Below are positions 47,270 to 56,582 of a DNA stretch of 64,000 nt, in pieces. Source of the DNA: an uncultured Actinomycetota bacterium (GTDB taxonomy: Bacteria > Actinomycetota > Actinomycetes > Actinomycetales > Demequinaceae); contig CAWHLX010000006.1 of assembly GCA_963830335.1 (NCBI GenBank), positions 237,347-301,346 on the forward strand. The letters are read 5' to 3'. The notes beneath the pieces are model-generated. The model searched no databases. It was not told where the DNA came from and saw only the letters and a program-made list of their open reading frames with translations. Position numbers and translations under genes: made by a program. The stretch's first letter is position 1. Each line of letters begins with the position of its first letter.

Positions 47270-48100
47270 ATGAACCACAGTCACGGAACCACCGCCCGCA
47301 CGAGCGAACGCCTGCGGGCAGCGTGGGGAGGCGGGGAGGCGACGTACGGGCTCTGGAGCACACTCGCCGACATGACGGTGGCTGAGCTCGTCGCGTCCCT
47401 GCCGTACGACTATGTCATCGTCGATCTCCAACATGGCGTGGCGACTTTCGCGGACCTTCCCGTCATGGCTCAGGTGATGCGGGGCGCGGGCACGGCGCCG
47501 ATCGTGAGGGTCCCCAGGAACGATCCGGCGGAGATCATGCGGGCTCTCGACTGCGGGGCGGCGGGCGTGCTGGTTCCCCTGGTCGACACCGCTGCCGAGG
47601 CGCGGGCGGCGCTCGAGCCCTGCCGGTTCCCGCCCGCGGGGACCCGTAGCTGGGGTCCCATGTGGGGCTACGTGCGCTCGGACGGGGCGCTCCCGCCCGA
47701 GGAGCAGGATGGGCTCGCGATGTGCCTCATCATGATCGAAACGGCCGGGGCCGTGGACGTGCTCGACGAGATTGTCGCCACGCCCGGGATTGACGGCGTC
47801 TACATCGGCCCGAACGACCTCGCGCTCGCGTGCGGCTACGGCCGACAGACATATCGGGACAGCCCCGAGATCGAGAGCCTCATTCAGCGCATCGTGGATG
47901 CGTGTCGGTCAGCCGGTATCGCGGCGGGAATCCACTGTTCCGATGCCCAGATGGGGCGGGACTGGGTCGCGCGTGGCGCGACGATGGTCACCATTGCGCA
48001 GGACACCGGTCTGCTCCAAAGCGCCGCCACGGCGGCGCTCGGCGAGGCACGCGGGGGAGTCTCCGGATCCGAGAAGCCGCCGGCCCGCAAGCCCAACTGA
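47270..48100 (+). CDS. HpcH/HpaI family (class II) 2-keto-3-deoxy-acid aldolase
   Basis: Has YDYVIVDLQHG, VRVP.NDP, MIETAGAV and VYIGPNDLA. Confidence 0.85.
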   Translation: MNHSHGTTARTSERLRAAWGGGEATYGLWSTLADMTVAELVASLPYDYVIVDLQHGVATFADLPVMAQVMRGAGTAPIVRVPRNDPAEIMRALDCGAAGVLVPLVDTAAEARAALEPCRFPPAGTRSWGPMWGYVRSDGALPPEEQDGLAMCLIMIETAGAVDVLDEIVATPGIDGVYIGPNDLALACGYGRQTYRDSPEIESLIQRIVDACRSAGIAAGIHCSDAQMGRDWVARGATMVTIAQDTGLLQSAATAALGEARGGVSGSEKPPARKPN

Positions 48101-48110
48101 CCCTACCGAC

Positions 48111-49127
48111 TCACAGGCGCGGATCGACGTGAATCTTGGGTCCCGCACTCGCCCCGGCGGGCCGGTCGCCCGCGAGCACGCCAGCGACGTCCTCGAGGCG
48201 CACCGTCGCGGCGACCAGGGGCCGCGGGTCTACGGCGCCGGAGGCGTAGAGCTCGACCGTCTCCTCGAGCCCCGTCGAGCCGGACAGCACGCCGACGACG
48301 GTGGCGTCCTTGATCGCGATGAGGCGAGTGTCGATCAAACTCGGCACCCCGGAGATGCCGATGAACACGAGGCGACCGCCTGGCTCGAGAAGGTCGAGGG
48401 CGAGCGGAGGCGAGGCGTGGTCGTTCGACGCCTCGATGATCGCGTCAAACGTGACCGAGGCGTCGCGCTCGTCGAGGGTCGTCGCCCGCGTGAAGCCGAG
48501 CGTGCGGGCGAAGTCGAGGGACCTCGCCGAGCGCCCGATCAGGTGGACCTCGGCGCCCTTAGCCTGCGCAATCTGGGCGCACAGGAGGCCTATCGTTCCC
48601 GCCCCGATAATCAGCACGCGCGCTCCTGGTTGCAGGTTCGCGCCGCGCACGGATCGCAGGGAGTTGCCCCCGGGCTCGACGAGCGCGCCGAGGGTGGAAT
48701 CTACGGCGTCGGGAAGGCGGACGAGCGCGCTCGCGGGGACGGGGAGGCGCTCGGCAAGCGCCCCGGGCCAGCCGTGGCGGATCCCAATCTCGTATCGATC
48801 CGCGCAGAGGTGCTGCTTGCCCGCAAGGCAGCGCCGGCACGAGCCGCATCCCAGCATCGTGTCGCCCGTGACGCGTCGCCCGCGCCACGTCGGATCGACG
48901 CCTTCCCCGACCTCGACCACGACGCCGCACCACTCGTGGCCGATGCGGATGGGGTACTCGGCGTCGCCAGAGTCGAGGTACGCCATCGCGCCGGAGAAGA
49001 ACTCGGAGTCGGTGCCGCAGACCCCGACGCGTTCGACCTCGACGATCACCTGGCCGGGATCGGGCGAGGGCTCCGCGACGTCGACGACCTCGCCGGTCTT
49101 GGGGGCAGTAATGACGAATGCGCGCAT
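48111..49127 (-). CDS. zinc-dependent medium-chain dehydrogenase/reductase (sugar/polyol dehydrogenase-like)
   Basis: Has GVCGTDSEF, GHEWCGVV, the structural-zinc cysteines CGSCRRCLAGKQHLC and the Rossmann motif IIGAGTIG. I prefer the start at ATG 49127 over 49166. Confidence 0.85.
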   Translation of the reverse strand: MRAFVITAPKTGEVVDVAEPSPDPGQVIVEVERVGVCGTDSEFFSGAMAYLDSGDAEYPIRIGHEWCGVVVEVGEGVDPTWRGRRVTGDTMLGCGSCRRCLAGKQHLCADRYEIGIRHGWPGALAERLPVPASALVRLPDAVDSTLGALVEPGGNSLRSVRGANLQPGARVLIIGAGTIGLLCAQIAQAKGAEVHLIGRSARSLDFARTLGFTRATTLDERDASVTFDAIIEASNDHASPPLALDLLEPGGRLVFIGISGVPSLIDTRLIAIKDATVVGVLSGSTGLEETVELYASGAVDPRPLVAATVRLEDVAGVLAGDRPAGASAGPKIHVDPRL

Positions 49128-49195
49128 GTGAGCCCCCAGGATCTCGTCAACGAAGGAGAAACCCATTCTAGGAGCATTCCGCCTAAGCGAAGCAC

Positions 49196-49215
49196 ATTCG
49201 AATTAGTGGAATTCC
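49196..49215. promoter_or_regulatory. two short AT-rich palindromes (ATTCGAAT, GGAATTCC) in the divergent dehydrogenase/IclR promoter region; candidate IclR operator
   Basis: Seen directly in the sequence and unusual in a 70% GC background. The neighbouring decamer GGAGCATTCC (49171-49180) recurs as GAAGCATTCC (44476-44485) upstream of the dehydratase gene. Confidence 0.3.
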
Positions 49216-49225
49216 GCGCGCACGG

Positions 49226-50047
49226 GTGGCATCCTGGGGTCTACCAGACTCGCTCGGCGGATCGGAGAATACGACGTTGACATCGCAACTGTCCCCTCGA
49301 GCGGAGCCGGCCGAACGCCTTGTCGGTTCCGATCGCGTGCTTGCGCTGCTCATCGAACTTGCCAACCGACCCGATGGGGCAAGCCTCGATGAGCTCGCCC
49401 GCGCGGTCGCGAGCCCAAAGTCGACGGTGCATCGCGCGCTCTCCGCGCTGACGCGCGCGAGACTCGCCACCAGGGAGGGGGCCGGTCGCTACACGCTCGG
49501 AGACGAGTTCGTGCGTCTCGCTTTCGCCTATCAGGATGCCCGCCCCGAGGCGGCGCGCATCGTTCCGGCGCTCCGCGCGCTCGCGAACCGATTCGGAGAG
49601 ACGGCGCACTACGCCATCCTCGACGGGGCCGACGTCGTCTACCGAGCCAAGGTCGATCCCCCCGTCGGGGGGGTGCGGCTCACGTCGACGGTCGGAGGCC
49701 GGAATCCGGCCCGCGCGACCGCGGTCGGCAAGGTCTTGCTCGCGCACCTCTTTGCCGACGACGCCGACGTCGCCACGTGGGCTCGCCTGCACCCCGTGGC
49801 GCCCCGCACCCCGCGGACCCTGACCGACGATGACGCCTTCGTCGCCGAGGTCGCCCGTGCCCGAACGCTCGGCTACGCCGTCGACGACCAGGAGAACGAG
49901 GTCGGGGTGAACTGCGTCGCCATTCGCGTGGGCGATCCCTATGGAGAGGGTGCCGTCAGCGTGTCCGGGCTCTCGTACCGCACGCCGCTCGGCGTGCTGG
50001 AGGAGTCGCTCGACGAAATCCGCGCGATGGTGTCCACCTCCTACTGA
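49226..50047 (+). CDS. IclR family transcriptional regulator
   Basis: N-terminal wHTH (SDRVLALLIELANRPDGASLDELARAVASPKSTVHRALSAL) and a C-terminal effector domain. The exact start is uncertain. Confidence 0.85.
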   Translation: MASWGLPDSLGGSENTTLTSQLSPRAEPAERLVGSDRVLALLIELANRPDGASLDELARAVASPKSTVHRALSALTRARLATREGAGRYTLGDEFVRLAFAYQDARPEAARIVPALRALANRFGETAHYAILDGADVVYRAKVDPPVGGVRLTSTVGGRNPARATAVGKVLLAHLFADDADVATWARLHPVAPRTPRTLTDDDAFVAEVARARTLGYAVDDQENEVGVNCVAIRVGDPYGEGAVSVSGLSYRTPLGVLEESLDEIRAMVSTSY

Positions 50048-50143
50048 GGCTCGTCGCGTCGTCGTCCGGCCCGTCGTGCCCCGCCCCGTCGTGCCGACGC
50101 CCCGCCGCTCCGACGGGTCGACGGGGCATGGAAGGATTGGCCC

Positions 50144-51388
50144 GTGGCTACGATCCGACCCTTCCCCGCCCTCCGTCCGCCCCGCGAACTCGCCGGACGG
50201 GTGGCCGCGCCCCCGTACGACGTGGTGAGCGCCGATGAGGCGAGGGCGCTCGTGGCGGCCAACTCGGAGAGTTTCCTCCGGATCTCCCTGCCGGAGACGA
50301 ATCTGGACCCGGCCGCCACGGCCGATCCCGAGGACGTCCACCGGCTGGGGCGCGCGATCATCGAGGACTTTCTGCGACGCGGGACGCTCGTCCGCGACGA
50401 GGAGCCGGGGCTATTCGTCTACCGCCAGAGGATGGGCAACTCCGTCCAGACCGGCGTGGTGGGCTGCGCAAGCGTCGAGGAGTACCGACGCGGCGTGATC
50501 GCCATCCACGAGCACACCCGCCCGGACAAGGAGGATGACCGCACCCGGCACATCGAGGGCCTAGGTGCCCACGACGAGCCCGTCTTCCTCATGTACCGCC
50601 CGGATGCCCCGGGCGCCGCGGCCGTCGCCGAGGCGCTCGCGCGCGTCACGTCCGGTGAGCCCGAGTACGACTTCACCACCGACGACGGCGTCGTTCACAC
50701 GTTCTGGACGGTGGGCAACGCCGCGACGCTCGACGCGCTGGTGGCGGGCTTCGCTCGGGTCCCGACGCTCTACGTCGCCGACGGGCACCATCGCAGCGCG
50801 GCCGCGGCCCGGGTAGCGGGCGAGCGGGGCGACGAGGAGGCGGCGTTCTTCCCCGTCGTGGTCTTTCCCGCAGACCAGTTGACGGTCATGGCCTACAACC
50901 GGGTGGTGCGTGACCTCGGCGAACACACGGTCGAGTCCCTCCTCAAGGGACTGGCCATCGGTTTTGACATACGGCGCTTCGACGCCCGGCCGTCGTCCGG
51001 GACGCCGAGCCCGGGGCTTCACGAGTTCGGCATGTACGCGGGCGGCGCCTGGTTCTTGCTGACGGCCCGCACCCAGATCGTCGACGAGTCCGATCCGATC
51101 GCTCGCCTGGACGTGTCGATCCTGCAACGTCACGTGCTCGCGCCGCTCCTCGGGATCGGCGACCCACGTACCGATCGGCGCGTCGCGTTTGTGGGAGGCA
51201 TCCGCGGTACGTCGGAACTCGTGCGGTTGGTCGATTCCGGAGCCTTCGCTGCGGCGTTCGCGCTGCATCCGACCTCGCCGCTGGAGGTCATGGACGTCGC
51301 CGATTGCGGCGAGGTCATGCCACCCAAGTCCACGTGGTTCGAGCCCAAGTTGCGCTCGGGCCTCTTTATTCACTCGATCGACCTTTAG
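50144..51388 (+). CDS. DUF1015 domain-containing protein
   Basis: IRPFPALRPPRELAGRVAAPPYDVV is the characteristic DUF1015 N-terminus. A GTG start with RBS GGAAGGA. Confidence 0.85.
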   Translation: MATIRPFPALRPPRELAGRVAAPPYDVVSADEARALVAANSESFLRISLPETNLDPAATADPEDVHRLGRAIIEDFLRRGTLVRDEEPGLFVYRQRMGNSVQTGVVGCASVEEYRRGVIAIHEHTRPDKEDDRTRHIEGLGAHDEPVFLMYRPDAPGAAAVAEALARVTSGEPEYDFTTDDGVVHTFWTVGNAATLDALVAGFARVPTLYVADGHHRSAAAARVAGERGDEEAAFFPVVVFPADQLTVMAYNRVVRDLGEHTVESLLKGLAIGFDIRRFDARPSSGTPSPGLHEFGMYAGGAWFLLTARTQIVDESDPIARLDVSILQRHVLAPLLGIGDPRTDRRVAFVGGIRGTSELVRLVDSGAFAAAFALHPTSPLEVMDVADCGEVMPPKSTWFEPKLRSGLFIHSIDL

Positions 51389-51473
51389 CCGCGCCCGGCG
51401 CCCGACCGAAGGCGTTCCGGCCCCCGGCGAGTGAATGCCGGGGACGCGCCGATCCCGGGGCTAGATTCGCTTC

Positions 51474-52667
51474 GTGACGGGTGACGGTGGTGGCACGGGT
51501 CGGGACGACGCCGATTGGCTGCCACAAGCGCGGCGCCCGATGCCGCCGTCCATTCCACCGCGTCCACGACCCGTGCGGCAACCGGTGCGGCGAAGCGCAC
51601 CTCGATCGGTGCCGCCGCGGGATCGAGCGACCGAGGCGAAGGGCGCTCCGACGCGCACCCGCCGGCAAGCTCCCGCCCCGCAACGGGCCGCCCCGCAACG
51701 GGCCGCCCCGCAACGGGCGCGGCGAGCCCTACCTCCGCGCAGGCGGCACCGGCTACGGTGGACGCTCGTAGCTCTCGCGCTCGTCGTGCTAGTGCCGCTC
51801 GGCGCCTTCTGGCTGTGGGTCGACGCGAGCATCAACCACGTCGACGCGCTCAGCGGCGCGGCGAACACCCCCGGCGACACGTACCTCATCGTCGGATCCG
51901 ACTCGCGCGAGGGCTGGGCGGACGACGGCACCGTCGGGGCGCGAACCGACACGATCATGCTTCTCCACCGGCCCGTCAGCGGGCCGGTGGCGCTCATCAG
52001 CATTCCGCGGGACTCCTACGTGGAGATCCCGGGCCACGACAAGAACAAGATCAACGCGGCGTTCGCCTTCGGCGGCCCGCAGCTTCTGGTGCAGACCGTA
52101 GAGGGACTCACCGGCCTGACGATCGACCACTACATCGAGGTCGGCTTCCTGGGGGTGTCGAACGTCGTCGACGCGCTCGGTGGGGTCGAGTTGTGCTACG
52201 ACAAGGACGTCAACGACCCGCGGAGCACCCTGGTGTGGGCGGCCGGGTGCCATCGAGCGGACGGCGCTACGGCGCTCGCGTTCGCGCGGATGCGGTACGC
52301 CGACCCGTTGGGAGACATCGGCCGGACGCAGCGCCAGCAGCAACTCGTCTCCGCCGTGGTCGACAAGGTCATGAACCGCTCGACGCTGCTCAACCCGTTC
52401 GCGGTGTTCAAGGTGGCACGCGCCGGCCTGGGCTCCTTCCGCGTGAACGACGGGACGAGCGCGCTCGACCTGGCCCGTGCGGCGAAGGTGTTCAACGAGG
52501 CGCGCGGCGCCGACGCGGTCACCGGTACCCCGCCGATTTCCAGCATCGACCATCGCGTCGACGGCGTGGGCTCAACGGTGCTCCTGGACCCCGCCACGAT
52601 CGACGACTTCTGGCGACAGATCGCGGACGGCGAGCTACCGCCCGGCCCCGTAGGCGGCTTCAAGTAG
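51474..52667 (+). CDS. LCP (LytR-CpsA-Psr) family cell-wall glycopolymer transferase
   Basis: An Arg/Pro-rich cytoplasmic N-terminus and one TM helix, then RTDTIMLLH...SIPRDSYVEIPGH.KNKINAAFAFGGPQLLVQTVE. Confidence 0.88.
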   Translation: MTGDGGGTGRDDADWLPQARRPMPPSIPPRPRPVRQPVRRSAPRSVPPRDRATEAKGAPTRTRRQAPAPQRAAPQRAAPQRARRALPPRRRHRLRWTLVALALVVLVPLGAFWLWVDASINHVDALSGAANTPGDTYLIVGSDSREGWADDGTVGARTDTIMLLHRPVSGPVALISIPRDSYVEIPGHDKNKINAAFAFGGPQLLVQTVEGLTGLTIDHYIEVGFLGVSNVVDALGGVELCYDKDVNDPRSTLVWAAGCHRADGATALAFARMRYADPLGDIGRTQRQQQLVSAVVDKVMNRSTLLNPFAVFKVARAGLGSFRVNDGTSALDLARAAKVFNEARGADAVTGTPPISSIDHRVDGVGSTVLLDPATIDDFWRQIADGELPPGPVGGFK

Positions 52668-52734
52668 CGCCTCGGCCGCGCCGGAGGGTAGCGCAAGCGC
52701 GTAACCTTTGGCCACCGCGCGGACAATACATCGT

Positions 52735-53331
52735 ATGAGCGATGCGTCGGGGGCCGAGTACGAGGTGTGGACTCGCGCGCTTGCGGGTGACGGCGAGGCG
52801 TTCGGTCGCATCTTCGACCTTCACCGCGAGCGGGTTCTGCGCCACGCCTTCTGGCACTTGGGTAATCGGCACGACGCCGAGGACGCGACGGCCGCGGCCT
52901 TCCTCGAGCTGTGGCGCCGACGCTCCGACGTCAGGGTCATCGACGGCTCCGTGTTGCCGTGGCTGCTCGTCGTCACGGCGAACGTCTGTCGGAACCTCTC
53001 GCGCGGGCTTCGGCGGTACCGCACGATGATCGCGGCCCTTCCCCGCGACGCGCACAACGAGGCCTCGGCGGAGGAGGCGGCGCTCGGGCGCGCCTCGCTC
53101 TTCGACGCGGCCGAGGCATTTCTCGCCACCGCGATTCGGGGTTTGCCGACGACGACGCGAGCCCTCGTCGCCCTTACGGCGATGGAGGGCTACTCGGTGT
53201 CCGAGGCTGCGGCGGCCGTCGGCATGTCCGTCGGCTCGGCGAAGACGCGGCTCGCACGGGCGCGCGCGACGCTGCGCGATGCCCTCCCGGTTGACAGGCC
53301 GGGCGTACCACGAAAGGAGCACTCCTCATGA
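52735..53331 (+). CDS. ECF-type sigma-70 family RNA polymerase sigma factor
   Basis: Region 2 (HDAEDATAAAFLELW) and region 4 HTH (GYSVSEAAAAVGMSVGSAKTRLARAR). Start at ATG 52735. Confidence 0.88.
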   Translation: MSDASGAEYEVWTRALAGDGEAFGRIFDLHRERVLRHAFWHLGNRHDAEDATAAAFLELWRRRSDVRVIDGSVLPWLLVVTANVCRNLSRGLRRYRTMIAALPRDAHNEASAEEAALGRASLFDAAEAFLATAIRGLPTTTRALVALTAMEGYSVSEAAAAVGMSVGSAKTRLARARATLRDALPVDRPGVPRKEHSS

Positions 53332-54084
53332 CGATCGAGATGGATCCGGTGTTCGCCGTGGCCCTCAGAGACGTCCTCGTGCGACGCGCGGCGATCGCCG
53401 TACCAGCCCGGCGGCGCCGTCGCCGGTTGTGGATCGGCGGCGCGCTTGGCGTTGTGCTCGTCGGCGGAGCGGGGGTGGCCGCGGCCGAGCTTCGTGGGCT
53501 TCCCGGGAGCGAGCTTGTCGAGCCGCTTGCGGAGCCGATCACCGTCAACGGCGTGGGTCCGCTCGACGTCGACCTCGGTCCCGCTCCCGAGGGCGCGACC
53601 GCAGTGACGTTTGAGCTCACGTGCCGAAGCGCGGGGTCATTCACCTACGGCCCGCACGGCGGATCGAGCACGTGCCCGGGGTCCGACCTCGGCGGCACAC
53701 CCTCCGTCACCTCGGGGGAGATTCCGCTTGCGGACCTCGACGGCACGGTCTTCGCCCTGAGGCGCCTCGCCGGAGGCGCGGTGGACGCTGACGCTCACGT
53801 ACGTCCACACGGAACGCACGCCCCTGGCGGTGAACGCCCGGGGGGAGACTTACGGCGTCGTGGGCGACGGCTCCGAGCCCGACCTCATCGCGGCGATCGC
53901 GACGAACGGGCGCTGGGGCTACGTGCGCCGGAGCGAGTTGGACGAGGCGGCGGGCGCGAACCCTTCCACGCCAGCGGAGGCCCTCGCCTGGCAGGACGCC
54001 CACGCGGGCGAGACCTTCTTCATCCCCGTGTACGAGTCGGACGGGGAGACGGTCATTGGCTCGTTTCGGGTGGGGGGCCCCTGA
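53328..54084 (+). pseudogene. membrane-anchored putative anti-sigma factor, frame broken by one extra base near 53780-53781
   Basis: ATGA overlap with the sigma stop and a single TM helix (LWIGGALGVVLVGGAGVAAA). The C-terminal part (WTLTLTYVH...PDLIAAIATNGRWGYVRRSEL...FIPVYESDGETVIGSFRV) continues in the +1 frame (ORF 53830..54084). Confidence 0.6.
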
Positions 54085-54164
54085 GCCGCGCTTTCCACAG
54101 TCCGCCGCGCGTCGCCACCTCTCCTGCTTGACTGAGCGGGAAGAATCCTAGCGAGGAGATCGTC

Positions 54165-55244
54165 ATGCGTCGATACCGCGGGAGCCGTGATCGCGGCTTC
54201 ACGTCCGTCCAGATTGCGCTTATGGTCGCGGGGGCCCTTCTCGTGCTCCTGGCGGCGTACGCCATCATCCTTGCGGTGGGCGGATCCGGGAGCGACCCGG
54301 AGGCATCGCCCACCGCCACGGGGACGGTTTCGGCGAGCCCCACCTCCGGACCGACCCCCTCGGAGACGGGTACCCCCGCCGCGGCGTGGGCCGACGTGCC
54401 CGCCGCGGACCGCCCACCCGTGATCGCCAACCCGCGCCCGGGCGAACCCGCGGCGCGCGAGTGGGCTCCGTGGGTCTGGGACTACGTGGGGACCGACTGG
54501 GGCGTCGGAATCTGGGGCGAGCCCGGCCCGGGCTACAACTCGGATGATCCCGACGCCGCGCAATATCTCTACCAGGCGCTCTACCTCGTGGCGCCGGACG
54601 GAGATTGGTTCCGGCTCTACCAGTTGCGCACGGACGTCGGCCTCGGAGTCGAGGCCACGGCGCTCGACGAGCACATCGTGTGGATCACCCGCTACTTCTA
54701 CGAGGCCGACCAGACGGTTCAGTTCGATCTGGACACGGGCACCGCGTCGGAGACCTGGGCAGACGCCGGTTTCGCGAACGCCCCGCCCGCGCGGAACGCC
54801 GACGGCTGGTTCGTCAACTATGTCGCCACTCTCGCTGACGGGCGCATGATGTGGGAAGGAAGCGGGTTCGGGGCGCCCCTGAACGGGGTCTTCTTCCGGT
54901 CACCCGGCGGGGCAATCACCCCCAGCACGATCAACCCCACCCTGGCCGGCAGCGGCGAGGACGCGCCCGTATGCGTGGGCGTCGACACCGCAGCGAGCGT
55001 GGCGATCTACGAGGGCTACTCGTACGTGGAGGGCCAGCCCGTCGCGAACTGGCCCGCGCGCCTGTTGGTCCAGAACCTGGCCAACGACACCTGGACCGTG
55101 CAGACCCGGCTCGGGCCCTACGGAACGCCGTGCCAAGACGACTTCGCCGTCACGGCCGACTACTACGTCGGGCTCGCGACCCGCGTCGATCAGTCCGGCC
55201 TCTACCGCTACTACTTCGACGGCCGGCCCGATCAGCCGAACTAG
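54165..55244 (+). CDS. membrane-anchored secreted protein of unknown function, paralog of the 987..2342 lipoprotein
   Basis: N-terminal TM helix (IALMVAGALLVLLAAYAIILAV), a Pro/Thr/Ser linker, and a YLVAPDG motif block alignable with the YLVSPEG block of 987..2342. Confidence 0.65.
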   Translation: MRRYRGSRDRGFTSVQIALMVAGALLVLLAAYAIILAVGGSGSDPEASPTATGTVSASPTSGPTPSETGTPAAAWADVPAADRPPVIANPRPGEPAAREWAPWVWDYVGTDWGVGIWGEPGPGYNSDDPDAAQYLYQALYLVAPDGDWFRLYQLRTDVGLGVEATALDEHIVWITRYFYEADQTVQFDLDTGTASETWADAGFANAPPARNADGWFVNYVATLADGRMMWEGSGFGAPLNGVFFRSPGGAITPSTINPTLAGSGEDAPVCVGVDTAASVAIYEGYSYVEGQPVANWPARLLVQNLANDTWTVQTRLGPYGTPCQDDFAVTADYYVGLATRVDQSGLYRYYFDGRPDQPN

Positions 55245-55256
55245 TCGGTCGGGCCC

Positions 55257-55628
55257 CTACTCCTCGTGCTCGGCGGCCGCCTTGAACTTCTCGAGCGCCT
55301 TGCGCGTCTTTTCCAGCGCGCCCGCGCCGTGATCCGTGTAGTTCATGGCCTTGGGGTTCTCGGTGACGCGCACGAGCGTGTGGCCGTCGGGGGTGGGCTC
55401 GAACTCCCAGGTCTCTTCCGACCAGTCGTCGCCGAAGGTGACGAAGGAGCCCTCCTTGATCGCGCCGACCGTGGAGACCATGCCCTTCTCGAACCGGAGT
55501 CGCCCGCCGGTCTCCCAATGCGCCGTCGAGAGCGACAACCGGGACCACTGGTGCCAGTTGTCGGGCTGGGTGAAATAGGCCCAGACGAAGTAGGGCGGGA
55601 GTTCAACGACGATCTCGGACTTCAGCAT
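55257..55628 (-). CDS. SRPBCC (START/AHSA1-like) family protein
   Basis: MLKSEIVVELPPYFVWAYFTQPDNWHQW is a typical SRPBCC N-terminus. I chose the start at ATG 55628 because of its GAAGGTGG RBS. Confidence 0.7.
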   Translation of the reverse strand: MLKSEIVVELPPYFVWAYFTQPDNWHQWSRLSLSTAHWETGGRLRFEKGMVSTVGAIKEGSFVTFGDDWSEETWEFEPTPDGHTLVRVTENPKAMNYTDHGAGALEKTRKALEKFKAAAEHEE

Positions 55629-55747
55629 CGGAGCCACCTTCATTGATCCGCGAAGTGTCACTCCGAGCCTAGGCCTTGAGTGGGTGCTTCGCTATGACGC
55701 TCGCCGTGGAAGCGGCGCGATCTCGGGCCCTCCGGGAAGCCAGTTCC

Positions 55748-56530
55748 CTAGGTCTTCCGCGCCGCGTGCTGCTCGGCGATGCGCGCCGCCTCGGCGGCCT
55801 GCGCCGCCGCGCCCACAATCCCCGCCTCGTTGCGGAGCGCGGCGGGAACAACGGGCGCGCGGAGGGTGAGCAACGGCAGAAACTCCTCGTAGTCCTTGGA
55901 TACGCCGCCGCCGATGATGATGAGATCCGGCCAGAGCAGGCGCTCCATCTCCTGGAGGAACCGGTTGACGTGCGCCGCCCACTGAGCCCAATCCAGGTCG
56001 TGCCGCTCGCGCGCCGACTCGGCCGCATACTCCTCCGCGTCCCTGCCATCGACGATCAGGTGCCCGAGCTCCGTGTTGGGCACCAGTCGCCCGTCGGCGA
56101 TGAGCGCCGTCCCGATGCCCGTCCCGAGGGTCACCATGAGCACGAGCCCGTCCTTGCCTTCGGCGGCGCCGTACTTGTACTCGGCGTAGCCCGCGGCGTC
56201 GGCATCATTCATGACCCGGACCTCGTGGTGCGCGGCCACCTGGATTGCGGCCTGCAGGTCGACACCCACTAGGGACGGGTCGAGGTTCGCGGCCGTGCGC
56301 ACCACGCCCTGCTGGACGACGCCGGGGAACGTCACTCCGATGGGCACCTTGGTCTTCAGCTTGAAATGCCCGATCACCTCGGCGATCGTTCCGGCGACGG
56401 CGTCCGGCGTGGCCGGCTGCGGGGTCTCGATGCGGAAGCGGTCCTTGGTCAACTCTCCCGACTTCAGGTTCACCGGGGCGCCCTTGATCCCGGACCCGCC
56501 GACGTCGACGCCAAACGCCGTCCCGCTCAT
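55748..56530 (-). CDS. ppgK: ROK-family polyphosphate/ATP glucokinase
   Basis: FGVDVGGSGIKGAPVNLKSGEL...RIETPQPATP closely resembles the mycobacterial PpgK N-terminus. A ROK core is present. Confidence 0.85.
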   Translation of the reverse strand: MSGTAFGVDVGGSGIKGAPVNLKSGELTKDRFRIETPQPATPDAVAGTIAEVIGHFKLKTKVPIGVTFPGVVQQGVVRTAANLDPSLVGVDLQAAIQVAAHHEVRVMNDADAAGYAEYKYGAAEGKDGLVLMVTLGTGIGTALIADGRLVPNTELGHLIVDGRDAEEYAAESARERHDLDWAQWAAHVNRFLQEMERLLWPDLIIIGGGVSKDYEEFLPLLTLRAPVVPAALRNEAGIVGAAAQAAEAARIAEQHAARKT

Positions 56531-56560
56531 CGACGCCCTCGCATCGACGCCCTCGCATCG
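56528..56560. repeat. 14-bp tandem duplication (CATCGACGCCCTCG x2.3) covering the ppgK RBS and start codon
   Basis: Units at 56528-56541 and 56542-55, with a partial copy from 56556. On the coding strand each unit is GAGGGCGTCGATG. Confidence 0.8.
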
Positions 56561-56582
56561 AAGCCCGCTGGTCGTAACCCGC

